Made by a program: the position numbers and the translations under genes. From NCBI RefSeq assembly GCF_009914755.1, contig NC_060931.1: a stretch of 64,000 nucleotides of DNA. One strand, written 5' to 3'. Shown here piece by piece: positions 29,043 through 43,753 of the stretch. The notes under the pieces are model-generated. The model saw only the letters and a program-made list of their open reading frames with translations. It searched no databases and was not told the origin of the DNA. Source of the DNA: the human T2T-CHM13v2.0 reference genome, Homo sapiens. Position 1 is the stretch's first letter, and every line of letters begins with the position of its first letter.

Positions 29043-29437
29043 GAATAAAGTGAGCTCCTATAGCAAGTGGAGCCCCACAGGAAGAAAGGCTTCAATGGAA
29101 CGGACGTTGACTTCTCGTCCATCCGACAGTCTTATGGATCTTGCTGGTTGGCCCTGACTCCCCTTACAGTGTCTTAGGGACCCCGTTCTTTTCATCTCGT
29201 GGCTTTGCCATCTCGTAAGCCTCTTACTTTCTATATCCACCCAATCATGGGGAGGAAGACTCAGAATTGACACTTAGCACCTCTGCCATTGCCAAGAACT
29301 AGTCATGTGACCTTAACTACTAGTGAAAGGCAGGGGTGGCCCGGAAATGTAGTCCTTCACCAGACAGTTGCTTACCTGAGACAACATGCATGTACCTGTG
29401 AAATGCATATACTGTAGAAGGATCATGAGTTTGGCAC

Positions 29438-29528
29438 ATAATTAGTGGATAATAATCACTACCACGTCTCAGAATGAGTGTCAGATAATTAGTGGACCAT
29501 AATCACTACCACATCTCAGAATGAGTGT
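29438..29528 (+). repeat. 47-bp tandem duplication
   Basis: ataattagtgga..ataatcactaccac.tctcagaatgagtgt at 29438 and 29485, 3 mismatches. Confidence 0.93.
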
Positions 29529-30416
29529 ATTTGCTAATAGAAATGTGGTTTTGGCTTAAGTCACATTGTCAGTGGTGAATGCAGCCTAAAATTGAACTCA
29601 AATACCCAGGCCATAGTTGTTTTCTGACTCCACCAAGGCAGAAATGAAATTGTTGAGTTTGAGAGTAAGTAGATGGGGCCAGCCAAAGCAAGATGGACAG
29701 AATGACATTCCTTTACTGTCCTTATTGACAATTTATGGTTCATGCAATAGAAAAGAATCTTAAAAGTCTCTCTTTAATATACAAGAAGAGAAAGACCCCT
29801 GGAAACTTGTCTTTTCATCATTCGAAACCTACCTTATCCCTTCAGTCAAATGCAGTGGTACCTGTAAAGCTCACACACAGTTTTGCATCAAATGATTATG
29901 TGGTCAGCCATGTAATAAGTGGATTCAAAGAAACGTATATTTAAGGTGGCCACTTGCCCCTGGGGTAAATGGCAGCTGTTGGACTCTGTGGGATTTTGTG
30001 TTGTTGTTGAACTTGTAAAGTGATGAAACCTCATAATTTCTCTCCTCTTTTAGTTCCCTCTCTGTCTGAGCAGCTGTACTGAAGTTTGTCAAACATGCCC
30101 ATTAGCTTTCACATGTAAAGATGGCCTTTTTATATTCAAATTTTAGTAATATATTATTTAATCATTAGGCAGTTTACTAAGGGTATATTTGTGGCCATTG
30201 TTCTTTCTGAATGCCTAATCACTAAAGGAAAACATTTTGGAAACAAGCACTTTCTTCCAGAAACTGTGGTTTCCAGGAGAGAGAGTCACTGGGAAGATTG
30301 GGAAGCCATCAGTGGCATGGCACAGAGACACCATGGATGCTGCTGCTAGACCAGCCCTGACCCAGTAGTAAGGCCTAGCCAAGGACACATTGAACTCCTT
30401 GAAATTGCTGATATTT

Positions 30417-30720
30417 GGTCAGGCACGGTGCCCCGCGCCTGTAATCCCAACACCTTGGGAGGCCGAGCTGGGAGGTTTGCTTGAGGACAGGAGGTCAAGG
30501 CCAGCCTGGGCAACATAGCAAGATCCCCGTCTCTACCAAAAATATAAAAAATTAGCCAGGCGTAGTGATGCACACCTGTAGTCCTAGCTACTCAGGAGGC
30601 TGAGGCAGAAGGATCGCTTGAGCCCAAGAATTGAAGGTTGTGTTGAGCTCTGATTGCACCACTGCACTCCAGCCTGAGCGACAGAGAGAGACCCTGTCTC
30701 AAAAGAAAGAGAAAAAAAAA
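30417..30720 (+). mobile_element. AluJ
   Basis: Full dimer with J features and A-tail. Confidence 0.92.
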
Positions 30721-30890
30721 TGCTTATATTCAACAATTTTTGTCCTTCCAAACAACAATTTCATCATATTCAAACTAATACAAAACTGGCTTCCCAAGGA
30801 GGTGTTTGTTTATAAGGCTACAGGGCACCATTTTCCTACCACTTCTAACATTGTCTTATAGGAGGTTCTCTGAAATGAGAAATGCAGATC

Positions 30891-31082
30891 TTTTTTTTCT
30901 TCTTCTCCTAAGACAGGGTCTCGTTCTGTTGCCCAGGTTGGAGTGCAGTGGTGTGATCATGGCTCACTATAGCCTCAACCTCCTGGGCGTAAGTGATCCT
31001 CCCGCCTCAGTCTCCTGAGTAGCCGAGACTACAGGCACACATCACCATGACCAGCTGTTTATTTATTTATCTATTTATCTAT

Positions 31083-31117
<35 letters not shown>

Positions 31118-31240
31118 TTTTTGTAGAGGTAGAATCTCACTGTGTTGATCAGCCTTGTCTGAAGTCCTGGGCTCAAGTGATCTTCCCGCCTCGGCCTCCC
31201 AAAGTATTGGGATTACAGGCATGAGCCACCACACCCAGGC
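30891..31240 (-). mobile_element. AluJ with (TTTA/TCTA)n expansion in the linker
   Basis: Reverse dimer; tetranucleotide repeat at about 31057-31120 between the arms. Confidence 0.92.
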
Positions 31241-31298
31241 AGAAACACAAATCTTTAGTGAGGTAGCATTCCATTTAGCTACAGAAGCACTCAGCATG

Positions 31299-31534
31299 CA
31301 GTTGACCTTTAAACAACTCGGGTTTGAAATGCATGGATTTTAGATGTGGGGCTTTTTAAACCAAACTTGGATCAAAAATATGGTATTCACAGGATACAAA
31401 AACCACATATACAGAGGGCTGAATTTTTGTATGCATGTATTCTGCCGGGCCAACTGTGGGACTTGAGTATGCACAGATTTTACTATACTCAAGTGTCCTG
31501 GAACCAATTCTTCACATATACCAAGGGACAACTG
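31299..31534 (-). mobile_element. MER8 (TcMar-Tigger non-autonomous DNA transposon)
   Basis: Terminal inverted repeats cagttgacc / ggacaactg, TA at the right end, about 236 bp matching the recalled MER8 consensus. Confidence 0.85.
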
Positions 31535-31729
31535 TAATGTGAACACAAACCCATAAACAGTGCAACATTACCAGCTTTCCCAGGATGCATGTGGCTGACA
31601 GAGGAGTCAGCATCAAGAAGGGCTCCACTGGCGGCTGGGGGCCTCTGAGCTGGAGCTTACTGACAAGTGGAAGATGCCCAGATGATAAGGTGCCGTGACA
31701 GATTGTGGTGGTAGCATTGTGAGCTGGTT

Positions 31730-31965
31730 GACAACACAGAACTCTGGAATCAGATGGCCTGGATTCAAATCCTGGACTCACCCCTTATTGGCTGTGTGAG
31801 CTAAGGCAAGTTACTTGCCCTCTCTGTGCCCCAATTTCTTCATCTGCAAAATGGGAATAATGATAATGGCATTATGGTTTACTGAAAGGATTAAAAGAGT
31901 TAATATGTTTAAGTACTTGGAACAGCATCCAGCACGACACTAAGTGATATGGAGGTATTTGCTAT
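31730..31965 (+). mobile_element. MIR SINE (near full length)
   Basis: ctctggaatcaga...cctggattcaaatcctgg...ggcaagttactt...catctgcaaaatgggaataat...aggattaaa. Confidence 0.85.
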
Positions 31966-33542
31966 TTTTATACAGAGCTTAGTGGCATGAAGAAGTTAGA
32001 CAAGCAATGAGGAATTCAAGGTGGTGTCCTGGAGTAGAAGAGAAATCGGTTCTGGAAGGGAGACTTAGATTACAGGACAGACAGAGATTTGGGTGTTGTT
32101 TCCACGACTGGAAGAAGGCGACAGTTGGCAAATACCCACCTATGTAGTGATGTCCAGCAGAAACTGTCCTGAGACCCATCTAACTTTGTCATTCCACTAT
32201 CTCTCTGTCTCTGTGCTTTCTCCTGCCCTTCTTCCTGTCTCAAAACCTCTAGTCCTTTTAATTATAGGAAATGTTCACGTTTTCCCACCACATTTTTTTT
32301 TATATATGTCTGGGTGTAGGAAATTTCTGTGCACCCCCAAGGACACCTGCAGCTCCTCTCTCTTTGAGTTTGGTGTATGCCGGGAGGGTAGTCAGAAAAC
32401 AGCCATAGCCCCCTCCTTTGCAACTGTTTCTGCTATAGTCTTTTTGATGGTGCAAGGTGTACCCTAGGGCTGATTGTGTTCCTGGGAGCTGGAAGCTGTT
32501 ACTGCAGGGTTAAATCAGCAACAGGAGAGCATCACTCCCAGCAACCTCAGAAAGAATAGAGAATGATGTTGTTGAAGGGAGCAGGGAGCTGTGTTCCTAG
32601 TGCCGTCTTCTTAAAAAAAAAAAAAAAAAAGTTTCCTTCCCCCCTCTTCTCTCTGCCTTTCCACAACACACCTTGTACTAAATACATTTTTCAGACCTGA
32701 CTTTGTGCAAACACAGTGTTGTTCGGCAAGCATTAAAAGGCAATTTAGTACTCAAAGGATTAAAAGCTCATGTTAAATTGAAGACTACACTTGGCATAAA
32801 CATTAAAAATTGACAGAACACCCCGCACATTAACTGCACCAGGGCTTCGTAATTAGCATTTAAAAGTAAAACATCATTTCCTTACTGTTTCCTACTTACT
32901 CATTTATAATGCATTTATTATAATACAGATGTGAGCAAGAGGCTTTCTCCCATCATCAGCAGATGAAAAATATACCTGTGCTGAGAAAGAAACTGGGATT
33001 TATTAATCCAGCCCAAAAAGCAAAACCAATAAAGAAATCTCTCACTGGGCTGATTTGAGAGATTCAAACTACCCCTTGGAAGATTGACACAAGGCCCCCA
33101 AAGAAATCGCCTTCACACTTCTTTTCCTTTTCTTAGCCTTTCACTAACAAATACTGGGAAGAAAATCCAAGTAAGCTTCAGCCAGGCACACACTTGCGTT
33201 TAAAACTGATCAACTGGCAGGTTACCAAAGGAATGTGGAAAAGAGCTTGTTGGCCCATTGCTGATGCTTCTTCAAAACTTTGGTAAGACTGGGATCCAAT
33301 TTTCTAACTCAGGGAAATTCTGCTGACTTAACACAGATGGCTGAATTTGTAAATGAGGACACCTGTTCATGACACCTTTGGGCTCCTGCTTAAAATCAGG
33401 GTTTAGTTTTTAGCATTACCAAATTTGTAAAATCTGAATGCAGTCCAAATCTGATTTTATGTTCTTCCTCCAGAGTTAATCCTAAATGTGCCACCATTGC
33501 GGTCTTTGGACCTAATTCTCGGCCCCTTCTTAGTATGGTAGG

Positions 33543-33990
<448 letters not shown>

Positions 33991-36528
33991 ACGTTGCACA
34001 GAAGACTCTCATCAGTTATCAGTCAGTGGATTCAGCTCATCAAATGTGAAAGACCCCCAAATTGCCAGCTCCCTGTGGTAAACCCATGGCAATGACTAAG
34101 ACAACCAAACACAGTGCTTGCCCTGAATGAACTTATTCTAGAAATATCTGAGACTTTGTTATCTTTCTCAGGCCTCTCCTACTGGACCTCGTTTGTCATG
34201 TGTGATTGCGAACACCTTTCCCTGATGTTATCTAGAGATCCTGACAGGCATGTTCTGCTAAAACAGACCTCCCAGGCTGTCCCCAAGTGGCCTCAAATTC
34301 CCCAGCTGGGGCACCTTAAGTTTATCACGTTAGGCAGTTAACAGGACAAATATAATTTCTGGGCCACAAGGCCAGTCTGGGTGAACGCATGACATAAGGG
34401 TGTTAAAAGTGGAGGGGAATTCCGAAAATAGACTTTACTCTTGTCAGAATGGTGCCAGGGGCTGGCCCAGCCTGTGGAATGCCTCAGCGCTAGAGGGCTT
34501 GGGCAGTAAGGCACGCTTCCCTGGGGAGGGTGGTGGTGGCTGGGGAGAGGAGAGCCAGGTTCCCAAGAAAGTAATTTGGCACCTGCTCTATGGCAATCCC
34601 TTACAGGCGAAGAGAGAAAAAGGAGGCTTTGGGACAGATAGGGGAATTTTCTGATACAAGCAGTCCCCTTGTATTTTCTTTTCATTGTCGTAATGATTTG
34701 TAAAATTCCAGAAATGTATTCGTGCCCCTACATGACTTGAAAATGCCGCTGTCTCACTAAGAGCCATGGGCTAAAACACACCCGAACAGCGGTCAGAAGT
34801 GAGGCTCGCTGTCTCTGAGGTGAGGACAACAGCCTGGATTCCCGAGTCAGGCTCACATCTAAGCCTGGCAGGGCCTGGAGGGCGGCAACGTGTGGTTTGC
34901 AGGTTCGTTCATTACCCCAGTGTTTTTTATGGGAAGATGCTTGGGTGTGTTTGTGGGAACAGAACCCTGATTTTAATTACATCCCTTCTGGTTATTCAGA
35001 TTATAGACTTCTAAGGATCTTGTTTCTCTGGCTTTCTTCTGCCCTACAGAGGGACACAAGGGTTCAGCAGAGAAAGTGCCTGTGCTCTGTGTTGACACAT
35101 AGAAGCAGAGAATTTTAGAGCAGAAAGGGACTTCAGTGCATTTAGTCCAGCACCCTCGAATTATAGGTGAGGGAACTGAGGCTCAGAGAGATTGAAATGA
35201 CCTGCCTAAGGTCACACAAGTAGGATTAAAACCCAGGTCTCGTAAACCTCTCTATTTTGTACATCATGCTGTCTGCACATAATTATTTCTTTTCAGATAT
35301 TTAATAAAAGTCACAATCAGAGTTAGTCCATTTCTTGTCTCTCCTTTGAGAGTTGAAGTCATCGTGTGAATAGCCATAATTACTGCATTTTCTGTGCGTT
35401 TCTTATTTGATTCTTCTTTGGCACAAGGGCTCTGAGGATGCTTCAGCATTGTACCAGGCAGAAAAACGAACACAATTAGCAGATTCAAACAGATGCACAT
35501 CGCATCTCACACAGGTTAATAGGGAATGTGCCTTTCTAAAGCGAAGGAGCCAGGGTTAAACAGGGCATGGAAGAATTCAAAGGGTAAAATGAATATGATT
35601 CACATACTTGTAGAGTGGCCAAGGAGGGCCTTATTTTTTACTCTTCAACAAAACAGAGGTTTGGCGCTAAAACCACAAAGTAACGTTCACTGTAGGCGCA
35701 CCTCAGGCACACCCCGTCCCTGCTACGCTACACGCTGCCTGGTCTCTGTAGACTGTTACTGTCTGAGGACCTCCTCTCACAAACACTTATTTAACAATGG
35801 CACTTTGGCTTTTTAATATTTTATTTGATTTCTGTTTTATGGTATTTTTAATTGAACCCTGTTTTAATTGCCTTTTCTGCACACCAAGAGCCTAGGTGGG
35901 GAAGGAAGGCTTACAAATGAAATGATTATTGTTATTACTTCCTTTCTTTCTGCAGCGTCTTAGTCAAATTATAAATTGATTCCATCCACATATTAGCCCC
36001 GATCCTCATATGCATGTGTCAGAAAACAGAAAGTGTTGAATAAGGAGGCTGAAAATTTTCATCTAGCTGAGAATAAGATTTGTCAGCATTATTACAGAGT
36101 GAGGAAAGGAAATTGGGGCTAAGTTCTTGCCGTCGAGTTGAGCAGAGTACTTGGTTCCGGGTGACACAGCCCACAGGTGGGCAAGGTTTCATAAACTGAG
36201 AGCTAGAAGTGGCCTAGAAAAGACATTTAGTCGCTCCCTCGTGTCCAGTCATAGCCCAGGGCAGACATAGTTTATCCTGCACAGCCTTGGCTGACACCTC
36301 CATAAATAAGGGGACCTTCCTTTACAGCTTTTCAGAGTCTCAAGGGCAGCTACACAGTTGCCCTTAGGATAAAAGAATAAACAACCCTCATCCCCTTAAA
36401 CTTCTGCCCCTCTTTACCCAGTGCCCCCGCATCCTGTTTTTTGGAATTTGACCTATTTATGCCCAGGCACTGACTGCAGGGTTGACAGTAGCCACCCTGA
36501 AGGGGCCTTGGTAGGGAGTAACAAAACA

Positions 36529-36987
<459 letters not shown>

Positions 36988-38233
36988 TCAATCCTGGGTA
37001 ACCGCTTGAAGAAAGGAACATTATCCCTTAAAAGGATAGCCCTAGCCCCTAGAATATCTTTCTCACCTTGGGACTTGCTAAAATAGAATTCCTTATTTCA
37101 AAGGCAGTAAAATGTTTTGAGTTCCTACTATGTGTAGTATGCTAGGCTAGGCACTACAGGCCAAGCAAGGCAAATAAAACTAGCCTCTTTCCCTATTCCC
37201 CTGCATTTCAGAAAAGACAACACATTTCAAGGCTCTGCTTTGCAAGAGACCAGGCACCACAGTTTCCTCCTATCAGCCTGGGCATGGCAAGTAATAACCC
37301 CCCCTATGAATGAAGAGGTTGCTGTGTTCAAAGAGGTTAATAAAGTGTCCAAGACCGTACAGTGTCAGTGAGGCAGGGAAGAAATCTGAAAGCTGGTCCC
37401 TGGCTAACCTGTCTCTTTGCGTTGTCAACCTGGAAGGAAGTGTCAGATGGTTTGGCGCAGAGCTCTGTCCTTGGGCCTGGCCTGTTTGCAACCTTTGCTT
37501 AGGTGAAAAGTGAGAGTGGAAGACACTAGATTGGAAGAAGACAATCAGGATACCAAAAAATATCCCAGCAGACTGAGGACCAGAACGAAAGCCGTGGCAG
37601 TGAGAGTGGAAGGGAGGAAATGAGCAAGAGGCACAGGGAAGACAGAGCAGCCTGAGGATTCGGTGAACTGGGTTTGGAGTTAGGGAGGGTGATGGCCTAG
37701 GTAAGACCACTGACAATCAGGAGGAAATCCCAATGAGGTCATCTGTAGATTGTTGATTTTTAAAGTGCCAATGGACAATCAGTGCCACACTCCACCAAAT
37801 GAGTTGGAGATACAGAAGTGTAAGGCAGGAGGAGCTGGAGTCTTGGGAGCCCCCTACTTGGAAATTACAGCGGAAGCTGGGGAACTGGTGAGAGAGAGTC
37901 CCCCACTTCCTCCTTTCTAGACATTGAAGGGATACCTGAAGAATCTCAATATTAAAGGATAAGAGAATCCAAAGAAGGCAATATTACTTGAGAAACAAGA
38001 GAATAATAATAGTATTTTGTCACGGAAGCCCAGTAACAAAGGGAGAGACAGTCTGCCACTTCTGCAGAAAGAGACAGAAAGGGCCACTGTGTTTGTTAAT
38101 TAGGAGGTCCTCGGCCAGAGACCTGCTAAGCTCATAAACGTTAAAGGCCAGAGTTACTCTCTTTGGGTGGAACAGCTCCAGGGCAGCTGAATAGATAATA
38201 GTCACTGCTTCCTCGAAAGGGTAGGACACATGA

Positions 38234-38539
<306 letters not shown>

Positions 38540-38897
38540 AGGACACGTGATTTTAAAAGCAGGGGAAGCTCCCATGCTAGTCAAAACAACCCTACTACAG
38601 CATTCATAGAAGAATAAGATAGAAAATGAGATGGGAGCTTAGCTGGTGACACAGCAGGGCACTTGCTTGCTTGGGTCAGCCCAGCCTAGAAAGTCAGAGG
38701 TGACGGCACTAATCAGACTTCAGGGAAACTGGCTGGCTGGTAACACAAATCTTCTGTTTACAGTGAGGAGTATAACCAGCAACCCAACGCGAGTGACCTA
38801 CATGCAGTAGTTGGCCCATATGCCCCCCAGGGACAATCCCTAAGGAATCCAAATTATAATCAGAAAGTCACTTGCTGACCAGGGATTATAGGAATAA

Positions 38898-39651
<754 letters not shown>

Positions 39652-40746
39652 TGAGGTAGGAGGGGATCTGAACCTGGTCTGCCTCACTCCAGAGCACATG
39701 CTCTTCCCACTGGGCCGCATTACCTGGAGTCACTAAGGCCTGTTTCACAGGCCCCTTGACTGGGCAGCTCCCGGCTCTGCTCCGTGGATGTGCTGTGTGC
39801 TAAAGGGGCGGTGGGGGAGGGGGGCCCTGAGAAAGGAATGTTCAGGCATTGGTTAAAATAGGTGTCCTAGCCTCTTGTCATGCCTTCATATTCACAAATG
39901 TTCATTTCTTTCTTTCTCTTTTTTAAAAAAATTCTTCCTAGGGATGATGACTGACAGATTAATATATGTCTAACTACATGTCTCAGAAATCAAAAGGAAG
40001 GTGCTGTCAGAATCACTTGTCAGAAAATGAGATTAGGCGCACTTGTCATTTGCTGAGGATTGCAGTCTTTCAGAGATAAGGTTTCATTTAATGAGGGTAA
40101 AAAGCCTCCTTTTAAAAAAAGAAGAGGGAGCGAGGGAGTGAGGGTGGGGTAGGCGAGGAGTGATGATTCTTTTTTCTGGTGTCAGCCAAGTGTTTTATCA
40201 CCTAACGCGATCCCGCGGCACCTGGTAGCCACTGATAATGGCAACCTGGCCTTCTCCACCTCCTCTGCCGCTGCACCACTTCAAAAGCAGCTGCTTGTTA
40301 CCTGCTTTTACCTCTCCTTGAAGCTGAAGCTCCTTCTCCTGTGGGAAGAGGGAGCTAAGCATGTACTCTAGATTTAAAAGCAGGCTCAAGAAAGCATGCA
40401 GTAGAAAGGAAACGTACAGTCACATTTCCCAACAAACTGGAAAGAATCCACAATGGATTTCAGTGAGATATGGAGCCTGTCTGAGTAGTGAAGGGTAACT
40501 AATGAGGAACAGAGCTAGATCCCATTGCAACCAATTGTGTTTTGTTATGGAAAATATTTATCAAGTTCTTTTGCATTTGTTGATTCTCTTACAAGTGACA
40601 TAGTAAGAGCTCCTGGCATGTGACTTGATGCACCTCCTGCACCCTGCGATTCAGGCTGGCAATTTCTATCCCTTTATTAAGCTTCTCTCTACCTCAGGTG
40701 TGGCCTGTGCTCCAGAAGTATTTCAAATTAATCCTCCCCCCCCTCA

Positions 40747-41146
<400 letters not shown>

Positions 41147-41159
41147 AGAAACGTTTGTT

Positions 41160-41640
41160 CCAGTTCTCTACTCCAAAACTTACTGGTGTAAAGCAGTACC
41201 CTTTTCTTCTGTTCCTGGATTTGGTGGGTCAGAAATTCAGACAGGGCCAAGCAGAGAAGCAGTTTGTCTCTGCTCCACCATGACTGGTGGTGACATGAAT
41301 GGCTGGGGACTGGAATCCCCTGGAAAAGTCTTCACTCATGCATGAGGCACTTGGCAGGGACAAAAGCACCTCTGCAAGCCTTGTCCATGTAGCATGGGCT
41401 TCTCACAGAACGGCGTCTGGGTTGTGGGAGGAGTTGCCGGAGGGGTTGCTACCAGAAAGCAAGTATCCCAAGAGCTTGAGGCAGAAGCAGCGAGACTTCT
41501 GACCTGGCCTTGGAAAGTCACATGGAGCCACTTCTGCCATTGAGCTGAAGCACTGACAAGCCCACCAGGCTGAAGGAAAGAAGATGGGGACCGCTCCATG
41601 GGGCAGTGTCAAAGGATGTGCAGCTGTGCTTTAAAATGAT
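41160..41640. mobile_element. MLT1 LTR remnant
   Basis: ccaaaacttactggtgtaaagca...gtgggtcagaaattcagacaggg...gtctctgctccac...ctggggactggaatc...ccttggaaagtcaca. Confidence 0.75.
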
Positions 41641-41769
41641 CATCATGCTGTAAAGGTTTCTTTCTACCTGTGTTTCTTCACATCTCACGAACGAAATGGC
41701 CTAGGAATGTAAAGTAAATGACATTTGGATGGTTACTGACTTGGTATAAAAGGTTATTCCTCTTCATTA

Positions 41770-42132
<363 letters not shown>

Positions 42133-42214
42133 TTAATGGCCCAGGGAGTCTGAGGGGTGGAGTGTCCTGTTCCTGCTCTCTGTTGCTAATGGTTTAAAAC
42201 AGACTCAGACTTCA

Positions 42215-42526
<312 letters not shown>

Positions 42527-43229
42527 GTTCACCTTTCTGTTTCTTTCCAGTCCTTCTCTGTTACACTCTTCAAAAATCGTCTGTACATACTTGCCTCTAT
42601 GTTCTTACAACTTTGTTTAGAACTTAACATTTAATATGTAACCTAGCTTCAACCCCATTTTCTAACAATTCTCCTGCTATTCACCAGAGACCTCCTAAAT
42701 CAGCGATCCACCTGTCTTTTCTCAGTCCTTCTCCTCCAGCACCTCTAACACATCTGCCATTTTTGAGTTCTCCTCCTCCTGGAAATCCCTTCTTGTCATT
42801 CAACTCTGTCTGTGACTCCTTCCCCAGCGCAGTAAACGTGGACACTGTCCAGGTGTAGTCCTTGGTTGTGTTTTCTTTTCACGCCACGACATTCCCTCAT
42901 CTCTTTGCAGAAGACATTTGCAACTTATCTGCAAATCCGAGCTCTCTTTCTGATGTTCCACTCCCAAATTTCTGACCGTGGCTAGGCTTTCCTCACGGTC
43001 TTCTAAATTCATCTCGTCCCAAGCAAAGTCTCTATATTCCCCTGAAAGCCTCCACATGCTTCTGTGTTCCTGATGTTAACCAGTTCCCCAGCCTTTACAT
43101 CTTAGCATCGCCCTTTGTGTTGCATCACTGCCACACACTCGTGCGTTCCTTGAGGTTCTGCCTCCTAAGTGTGTTTTCTCACCTTAGCTTTGCCCCGTGT
43201 CTCCTGCCATTTTCCTCGAGTCACTTTTC

Positions 43230-43361
43230 CTTTTTTCTTTTTGTAGAGGCAGGGTCTTGCTTTGTCTCCCAGGCTGGTCTCGAACTTCTGGCTTCAAGTG
43301 ATCCTCCTGCCTCGGCCTCCCAAGGTTCTGGGATTATAGGCATGAGCCACTGCAGCCCACC
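43230..43361 (-). mobile_element. Free left Alu monomer (FLAM_C-like)
   Basis: Single reverse left arm; degenerate TSD tcgagtcacttttc / tcgggtgacttttc. Confidence 0.85.
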
Positions 43362-43440
43362 TCGGGTGACTTTTCTTAATGCTTCCCTGGATACCTATCA
43401 GGTTCTACCTTATAAAATTTTTATAATTTTAGTAGGTTCT

Positions 43441-43753
<313 letters not shown>

